Part shown: positions 8,890 through 14,819 of the stretch, piece by piece
Layout: every line of letters starts with the position of its first letter
How positions within the stretch are numbered: position 1 is the first letter of the stretch
Assembly (NCBI GenBank): GCA_965250005.1
Contig: OZ252279.1
Span: 540,001-572,000, forward strand
Reading direction: 5' to 3'
Source: Demequinaceae bacterium
GTDB taxonomy: Bacteria > Actinomycetota > Actinomycetes > Actinomycetales > Demequinaceae
DNA: 32,000 nt
Made by a program: the position numbers and the translations under genes
Notes under the pieces: generated by a model
Seen by the model: only the letters and a program-made list of their open reading frames with translations
What the model was told of the DNA's origin: nothing
Databases searched by the model: none

Positions 8890-10380
8890 CTAGAAATGCT
8901 CTTGCTTGAAGACAAGCTCTACCTCGGAACCCTCGGCGGCCTCGACCTCGCCAACGACTAGTACGTCGGTTGGCAATTCCGCGGGCGCATAGAAGAATTT
9001 CTGGTGTGCGGTGAGGTCTACTTCGCCGGCGTAAATCTGGCCGTAGGTGTAGGTGTTGTTCTTGAATTCAACCACCTTCGGCGTGTAGAGGAAGATCTCC
9101 GTCGGCGGCTCCACCGTCGAGTTAGCGCTGAAAACAAGGTTCCCGTTTGTCGAGTTGTCGGACGGCACGATCAGGTAAAGCGTGAACGCTTCGCCCGGAA
9201 CTGAACTGATGTTCAGGCGGTTCGAGCCGTGAAATGCCTCGACAAAGAGCACTGTGTCTGCCCGCAGAATGATCGAACCCTTGTTCTTGGTCTCAAGATC
9301 ACAGTGGCGCAGGTCGTACACCGCAGGCTTGGTCGTGGCGGGGATTGTGATGGTCTTGCTTCCGATCTGGCACTCGTCGCTCAGACCCGCATGGGCCTTG
9401 AACTCGGTGGCGCCAAAGTCGTCAAATTCTGGAGTCCAATCCGTTATGTCGTACTCAAGAGTCGGAAATGCGATCGGCAGGAGGTTGGGTATTCCCACAA
9501 CGTTTTCTTCAAAGGTTCCGCCGACCAGAAGTGAATTCGACGTGACCGTGCCACCGATGAGCACGTTACCGCCAACTCCGGTGTTCGGATGCTGCGGGAT
9601 CGCATTGCCCTGTCGAATGGTTACGTCGCCCTCGACGCTGTTGTACGAAAAGTTGTTCTTGCTCTTCCAGTCGTATTGCACCCAGAGATCACCCTTGATT
9701 ACACACCCGTGGTTGTCAAAGTCGGCACCGCCCTGAACGATGTACAAACTTCCACTGACGGATACACCATGCTTGCACGTCCAGTCGCCGTCGTTGACCC
9801 AAATGTCTCCGTTTTCTCCCACGACACTCGGCTCGAGGTCAAAGTTCGCGTTGACGTCAAGCCCCGCGCCCGAGAAGATCGCGGAACTTACCGACGTGCC
9901 CGTCGACTCACGCGGAGTGAGGACCACTTTGGCGCGTACAACGCGCTTGGGGTTCAGCCCGAAGAACTCTTCTTCCGGAGTCCCTGTTGCCGTCACCATG
10001 GCGCCATACGGCGTCCCCGCGATGGTGCCGCCCGCAGGGCAATCCAGCGCGTCTCCGCTTTGATCCGTATATTCGATCGTGACGTTGACGCGGACCGCGT
10101 TGTTTCCCGAGCCAATCGTCTTGTTGTTTGCAAGCGCCTCACAGGGGCTTGCTCCCTCCAACTCGAGCAGCGTGGCGTCAACAGCCGCTTCGGCGGCGTG
10201 TACCTCAGCTGTTCGCACACTGTCACGTCCGGCGTCTCGCGACACGATGATGGCTTGAGTCACGACGAGCGTTGCGAGGGATATGCCGATGAGCGCGACT
10301 GCAAGTGCAGCCACCATCGCCGATCCTCCATCACCCGAGTTTCGCAAGGATACATTGCGGTTCATAATTGCCTTTCTCAC
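8890..10380 (-). CDS. PilX-N/GspK-like minor-pilin-type protein with large C-terminal beta-helix-like domain (candidate pilus tip factor)
   Basis: 496-aa ORF. The N-terminus SGDGGSAMVAALAVALIGISLATLVV followed by AEVHAAEAAVDA resembles the PilX N-terminal domain: a hydrophobic helix, no Glu5, then an AAEAG-like motif. Repetitive G-x-[VIL] strands span about aa 165-305. GTGA overlap with the upstream gene. An ATG at 10365 with GAAAGG upstream is an alternative start. Confidence 0.6.
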   Translation of the reverse strand: MRKAIMNRNVSLRNSGDGGSAMVAALAVALIGISLATLVVTQAIIVSRDAGRDSVRTAEVHAAEAAVDATLLELEGASPCEALANNKTIGSGNNAVRVNVTIEYTDQSGDALDCPAGGTIAGTPYGAMVTATGTPEEEFFGLNPKRVVRAKVVLTPRESTGTSVSSAIFSGAGLDVNANFDLEPSVVGENGDIWVNDGDWTCKHGVSVSGSLYIVQGGADFDNHGCVIKGDLWVQYDWKSKNNFSYNSVEGDVTIRQGNAIPQHPNTGVGGNVLIGGTVTSNSLLVGGTFEENVVGIPNLLPIAFPTLEYDITDWTPEFDDFGATEFKAHAGLSDECQIGSKTITIPATTKPAVYDLRHCDLETKNKGSIILRADTVLFVEAFHGSNRLNISSVPGEAFTLYLIVPSDNSTNGNLVFSANSTVEPPTEIFLYTPKVVEFKNNTYTYGQIYAGEVDLTAHQKFFYAPAELPTDVLVVGEVEAAEGSEVELVFKQEHF

Positions 10381-11060
10381 ACAGGTGGGATAACACTGCA
10401 GTTTGAGTCGGAGTAGCCAAACACGGTGTTGCGACCGGTGACTACGGTGCTCACGACTACGGGCTTGGAGCGATCGTCCGCCAATGGATCGAGAATCCGC
10501 AGCGTCACGCGAATGCTCTGAGCGGATGTGCCGGAGTTCTGGTTCGCGTCAATCCAGAAAGGCGGCCACGTCTGCGGATCGGCGGCGTCAATTGTTCCAC
10601 TCACCGGCGCGGCCACCGAGTTCTGTGCGACAACGTACCAGTCGGCCACGTCGCCCCAACTCAGTTCGTAGTCTGGATCCCAGGTCCGGTACTCAAGGTT
10701 TCCAAATTCCGCCTCGTCCGGGATGTTGACGCGCCACTGGGCGCATTTGAGTTCGCCGCCCTCCTGGGTGTACAGGCGCATCGAGTAACCCGCCGATACG
10801 CCGCTTTCGGCGACACCGTCGGCCGCCGGATCCTTAATGAGGTTGCCTGATCGGACCTGCCGGTCTATCTGCGAAACGCCCAGCCGCGCCTGTTGCACGG
10901 CGCGCTCGCGCGCAAGGTTGTCGCTCGCCTGATAGGTGAGATTGATCAAGATTGTGAATACCATCGCGAGCAGCATCGAGAACAGTGTCATGACGACGAG
11001 CATCTCCATCAGGCTGAATCCAGAATCGCGCGCTGCGTGGCGCCTAGGCATCGGGAGCAC
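10377..11060 (-). CDS. minor pilin, PilW/GspJ-like (prepilin-type N-terminal cleavage/methylation domain)
   Basis: 227-aa ORF. Class III signal peptide ...HAARDSG|FSLMEMLVVMTLFSMLLAMVF with Glu at +5. Overlaps the upstream gene by 17 nt, or 8 nt if the ATG at 11051 is used. Confidence 0.75.
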   Translation of the reverse strand: MLPMPRRHAARDSGFSLMEMLVVMTLFSMLLAMVFTILINLTYQASDNLARERAVQQARLGVSQIDRQVRSGNLIKDPAADGVAESGVSAGYSMRLYTQEGGELKCAQWRVNIPDEAEFGNLEYRTWDPDYELSWGDVADWYVVAQNSVAAPVSGTIDAADPQTWPPFWIDANQNSGTSAQSIRVTLRILDPLADDRSKPVVVSTVVTGRNTVFGYSDSNCSVIPPV

Positions 11061-12906
11061 CCCGGTATCCGGCAGACGCCTGCGAGCCGGTCAGGGTCGC
11101 ACCCACGTTGATCTCGTATTCGTAGGTGCCGCCTGCACCATCATCGACGGTCACCTCGTATGTTGTCGAAACTGAAATCGCCCCGACGGAGGCCGATATT
11201 TTGCACAGGTCCGCCACGCACTCGGGATCGTCATCGGACAGGCCCGGCGGGATATCACCGGTAATTGTCACGGTCGTAGTCGCAATCACGTTGATATTGC
11301 CGCCGGGCGGCGTCCAAGTGAGGACCGGTATCTCGGGAGCCTCAATGACCCGATTCGTCGAAACGTTGATCGGGACTTCCACGTAGTCGGCAATGTCATC
11401 GTCCCAAAACCACAAGGTCGCTGACCGGGTGATCACGGGAGCAGTTGTCTTCTGGTCGTGGCCCCGCTCGACCTTGACCTCGTCTTGGTATGCGGTGATA
11501 TACACGATGCCGTTCCACGCGGCGTCATTGTTTCCGGAGTCTTTCCATACTCGGGCTTCCGGGAACGAGAAGTGAATGGACGCGCTTGATGCTGACGCCC
11601 CCGCAGCAACACATCCCTCGTTGGTCACCGTCGTGCAGGCGATCGTTCCGGGATTCGCGGAATCGGAAAAACGGGCGACCCAGGACTCTTTGGCGGTTCC
11701 GGTAGCGCTCCCTCTGTACCAGGGCGACATCCCGAATCTCTCCGCTGCGCTGTTGGTGTAGTCGAGCCGGACTCTCGACTTGGTTAGTCCGCCAATATTC
11801 GCCTGCGCGCACGGGGTTCCCGCTGCCACACCAACGGCGCAGGCCTCGCTGACTGACGAATGCGTGCTCCCAGCCCCAAACTGGTCGCTATCGAAATAGG
11901 CGAAGAATTCAGCATCCACCGCTGACGTGATCGTATTGGGCGACGCCCCTGAGTGCGCGCGGACGTCTGTGTTGTCTATACCCGGATTGCCGACCGAAAC
12001 GGTATCGTCCGAAGCCTCGGTCACGATGAGTTCAAACCCGCGTGGGTAAGTGCCGGAGTAATCCGAGCCGTCCGCCTTGTGCACGCGCTCGCCGCCGTAC
12101 GCCAAGGATGCGTCGACGTTCGTTACCTGCTGGCTGGTTAGGCTCGCGCGCGTTTGCGAAGTCGTAATCCCAAGCGTGAACATCTCTCGACCGGGCATGA
12201 TTGATACGGCCGCACCACCTGCCAAATCGGGAAGATTGGCGGTCGCGCTGAACGAGAGCGACGCACTCGACGACGACGCGCTAAATCTGGCTTGACATGA
12301 ACTCAGGAAAGGCTGCGACTCGAGGCTCGCCAGGTCACTGCAACCCGCAGACGGCGCGTACGCGGTTGTCCGGTAGACGTCAGTTCGCATCTCACCCGAG
12401 CTGTTGTCTTCCCACGTCACAACAATCGTCATGCCCAACGTTTCGGCCCCGCCAAGCCCCTCTGTCACATATGCGCGTGTGGTGTAAACGGCGCCCGTTG
12501 CCTCAGGTGAAATATTGACAGTCTTGTTCGAGCCCGTCGAGTCGAAGAGAGGGGGCCACGCGTCGAGTCGGTTCTGTGCACCTTCGGTGCCAGTAGCGTT
12601 CGCAACTACGATCTCTTCGGCCACTCCTTCAATCGTCAAGGTGGTCCCAGACACGTAGGGGTCACCGCCAGACGCTGATTTGAAGTCGGCGTCCAAGCCT
12701 CGCGAAAGCACCGCGTACGGCATCGCGCGCATCTGCTCGATCGCGCCGTTCGCGTAGGCGGTAGCTTGCTGCCGGTGTCCTGCCTCCACGACCGAAACCA
12801 GTGCGGATGTTTGCACGGCCATGAGCACAAGGAGGACGCCCGTGATAATCATCATGGCGACAACAAGTTCAGCCATCGTGAATCCTTCTTCACGAGAGTT
12901 CAACAT
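11044..12906 (-). CDS. large modular minor pilin, PilV/GspI-like N-terminus plus about 400-aa extra module
   Basis: The ORF track gives 11044..13020 (658 aa). The prepilin motif MLNSREEG|FTMAELVVAMMIITGVLLVL starts at the ATG at 12906 (AAGG 7 nt upstream). The 38 upstream codons run through the pilA-distal hairpin, so the start was re-called, giving 620 aa. AGHRQQATAYANGAIEQMRAMPY resembles PilV. Confidence 0.75.
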   Translation of the reverse strand: MLNSREEGFTMAELVVAMMIITGVLLVLMAVQTSALVSVVEAGHRQQATAYANGAIEQMRAMPYAVLSRGLDADFKSASGGDPYVSGTTLTIEGVAEEIVVANATGTEGAQNRLDAWPPLFDSTGSNKTVNISPEATGAVYTTRAYVTEGLGGAETLGMTIVVTWEDNSSGEMRTDVYRTTAYAPSAGCSDLASLESQPFLSSCQARFSASSSSASLSFSATANLPDLAGGAAVSIMPGREMFTLGITTSQTRASLTSQQVTNVDASLAYGGERVHKADGSDYSGTYPRGFELIVTEASDDTVSVGNPGIDNTDVRAHSGASPNTITSAVDAEFFAYFDSDQFGAGSTHSSVSEACAVGVAAGTPCAQANIGGLTKSRVRLDYTNSAAERFGMSPWYRGSATGTAKESWVARFSDSANPGTIACTTVTNEGCVAAGASASSASIHFSFPEARVWKDSGNNDAAWNGIVYITAYQDEVKVERGHDQKTTAPVITRSATLWFWDDDIADYVEVPINVSTNRVIEAPEIPVLTWTPPGGNINVIATTTVTITGDIPPGLSDDDPECVADLCKISASVGAISVSTTYEVTVDDGAGGTYEYEINVGATLTGSQASAGYRGAPDA

Positions 12907-12986
12907 ACGTCGCCTTAGGTCACGCACTGCTCTTCTCCCTCCATGTGCCAAATCCCAGATCTCGCAGGATTCCTCAACACGCCTCC

Positions 12987-13016
12987 GGGTGGGGGCCTCA
13001 AGAGAGGTCCCCACCC
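12987..13016 (-). terminator. GC-rich stem-loop after pilA (candidate attenuator/terminator or mRNA stabiliser)
   Basis: mRNA sense GGGUGGGGA-CCUC-UCUU-GAGG-C-CCCCACCC gives 8 + 4 bp. It is preceded by a second hairpin at 13017..13040 (GCAGCAUU...AAUGCUUGC). No U-tract follows. Confidence 0.45.
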
Positions 13017-13040
13017 GCAAGCATTATGTCGAAATGCTGC

Positions 13041-13460
13041 CTAGCAACTAGCGCCAACAGTGAGGCCGCTGGCTGCGGAGTACTCGACTCCGCCCACGGA
13101 CTTGTCGCCCTCAAGGTTGTAGACCCAGACACACCAGTCGCTGCTGGTGGTTCCGGAAACGCCTCCAAGCGCAACGTTGTCCGACTGGTTGCCGATGTTG
13201 GTTCCGGAGATGGAGTAGTTGCTACCGTCACCCGCAATAGCCGGCATCGACGTTCCGTCGACCCAGTACGTGGCAATTTCCTTGCCGAGGGTGGAGACGT
13301 CAGCCTTGGCAGCTGCATCTTCAGCCTTCTTGCGCTGGCTCAGGAAGAGCGGAATTGCAACAGCGGCAAGGATGCCGATGATAATCATAACGACGAGCAA
13401 CTCGATCAGGGTGAAACCCTGGTCCTTCTGCTCCATATTCTTACGGATTCGCGCGATCAT
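13041..13460 (-). CDS. pilA: major type IV pilin (type IVa-like)
   Basis: 139-aa ORF. MIARIRKNMEQKDQG|FTLIELLVVMIIIGILAAVAIPLF is the canonical class III signal peptide with Glu5. AAGGAG lies 4 nt upstream of the ATG at 13460. Two Cys (DWC...GASC-end) are placed like a D-region disulfide. First pilin gene after pilC. Confidence 0.9.
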   Translation of the reverse strand: MIARIRKNMEQKDQGFTLIELLVVMIIIGILAAVAIPLFLSQRKKAEDAAAKADVSTLGKEIATYWVDGTSMPAIAGDGSNYSISGTNIGNQSDNVALGGVSGTTSSDWCVWVYNLEGDKSVGGVEYSAASGLTVGASC

Positions 13461-13580
13461 GGCGCTCCTTCTTTTTTGTTTTCTTCTCTATGGTTTATCC
13501 GCGAGGGAACCCCCGCGGTTTCTACAACCGGCAGTCCGCCCAACTCGAAGGCCGTACGTTTCTTCCGGTCGAAGCTCTAT

Positions 13581-14810
13581 TTAGTTGATCAACTCGAAGA
13601 TGCCGAAGATCGGCATATACAGGCCGATGATCATGGTGCCGATGATGCTGCCCAATACACCAATCATCAGTGGCTCGATCAGTGAGGTCAAGGCGTCTGT
13701 GGTGGATTCCACTTCCTGGTCGTAGAAGTCCGCGATCTTGTCAAGCATGGTGTCGAGCGCACCCGTGTCTTCACCCACCGAAATCATCTGAACCACCATG
13801 GCAGGGAAGACCGGGTGCTCCGCCAGCGGCCCGGCGAGGGTGTTTCCGGTGCGCACGGACTCCCGCACGTCGTTTGCCGCATGTTCGATTACGACGTTTC
13901 CGCTCGCCTCGCCCACGATGTCGAGCGCCTGCAGGATGGGAACGCCCGCGCGGATCATGGCCCCGAAGTTGCGAGTGAACCGCGAGATGGCGATTTTCTG
14001 AATGAGGCCGCCAAACACCGGAAGCTTGAGATACAACGGCTCGACCTTTTCGCGGAACGCCTTCTTGTTCTTGTTCTTGGTCCACAGCACGGACACGGCG
14101 AAACCTACGACGATCATGGGGATCGTGCCTACTTTTAAGAAACCAGAGATAGCAACGAGTGCCGCGGTAAGAGGTGGCAACTCGCCACCGAGAGTCGCGA
14201 ACATATTGGCGAACACGGGAACGATGAAAAGCAGCATGCCAATGACGGCAACGATCGCGATCACGAAAACCACGACAGGGTAGGCCATGGCCGACTTCAC
14301 CTTATTTCGCAGCTTCACTTCCGACTCAAAGTTTTCGGCAATGGACAACAGCACCGAGTCCAGGAATCCGCCAACTTCGCCGGCCCGAATCATGTTAATC
14401 ATGAGCGGAGGAAAGACTGCCGGGTGCCGGCCGATCGCTTGGGAGAGAGAGACGCCCGTCTCTACATCCGACCGCACGTCAAGAATGACCTTGCCAAGCG
14501 CGGCATTTTCCGTCTGCTCGGCAAGAATGTTCAGCGCGCGAATAATTGACAGGCCCGCCTGAATCATGGTCGCGAGTTGGCGCGAAAGGATCGAGATGTC
14601 CTTGAGGCCGATCTTGTCCGTGAGGCCGGGGATCTTGATTTCTCTCTTGAGTGCGCTCGCCCTAACGGCATCAATAGAGATGGGAGCGAGGCCCATGGAT
14701 CGCAGCTTGGACGACACCGCGGCCTCGTTGGGCGCCTCGATCTCGCCGTTCTGGATGCGCCCCTGAGTATCACGGTACGAATACTTGAAAGTCTGCGTCG
14801 CGGTCGCCAT
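13581..14810 (-). CDS. pilC: type IV pilus platform protein PilC (T2SS F family)
   Basis: 409-aa polytopic ORF with the duplicated T2SSF signature (GEVGGFLDSVL and GEDTGALDTML). Confidence 0.93.
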   Translation of the reverse strand: MATATQTFKYSYRDTQGRIQNGEIEAPNEAAVSSKLRSMGLAPISIDAVRASALKREIKIPGLTDKIGLKDISILSRQLATMIQAGLSIIRALNILAEQTENAALGKVILDVRSDVETGVSLSQAIGRHPAVFPPLMINMIRAGEVGGFLDSVLLSIAENFESEVKLRNKVKSAMAYPVVVFVIAIVAVIGMLLFIVPVFANMFATLGGELPPLTAALVAISGFLKVGTIPMIVVGFAVSVLWTKNKNKKAFREKVEPLYLKLPVFGGLIQKIAISRFTRNFGAMIRAGVPILQALDIVGEASGNVVIEHAANDVRESVRTGNTLAGPLAEHPVFPAMVVQMISVGEDTGALDTMLDKIADFYDQEVESTTDALTSLIEPLMIGVLGSIIGTMIIGLYMPIFGIFELIN

Positions 14811-14819
14811 GAGTTGTCC

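Noticed and set aside
8890-12906. Considered whether the two large ORFs could be a secretin, a PilY1 homologue or sortase-pilus subunits
   Set aside because: There is no secretin C-domain pattern and no N-terminal Sec signal with LPXTG sorting motif at the C-terminus. I recognised no PilY1-type beta-propeller signature. The N-terminal class III/PilX-type segments and operon position argue for pilin-like proteins.
12907-13020. N-terminal 38 codons of the 658-aa track ORF (MRVGTSLEAPTRRRVEESCEIWDLAHGGRRAVRDLRRR)
   Set aside because: A prepilin leader this long would be anomalous. The stretch spans the strong pilA-distal hairpin, and the ATG at 12906 gives a normal 8-residue leader before G|FTMAELVV with an AAGG upstream.
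8046-13580. Lower-GC block considered as a mobile genomic island
   Set aside because: No integrase, transposase, tRNA target, direct repeats or phage genes are visible. The genes are tightly coupled to the surrounding pil machinery. I kept it only as a compositional observation (see findings).
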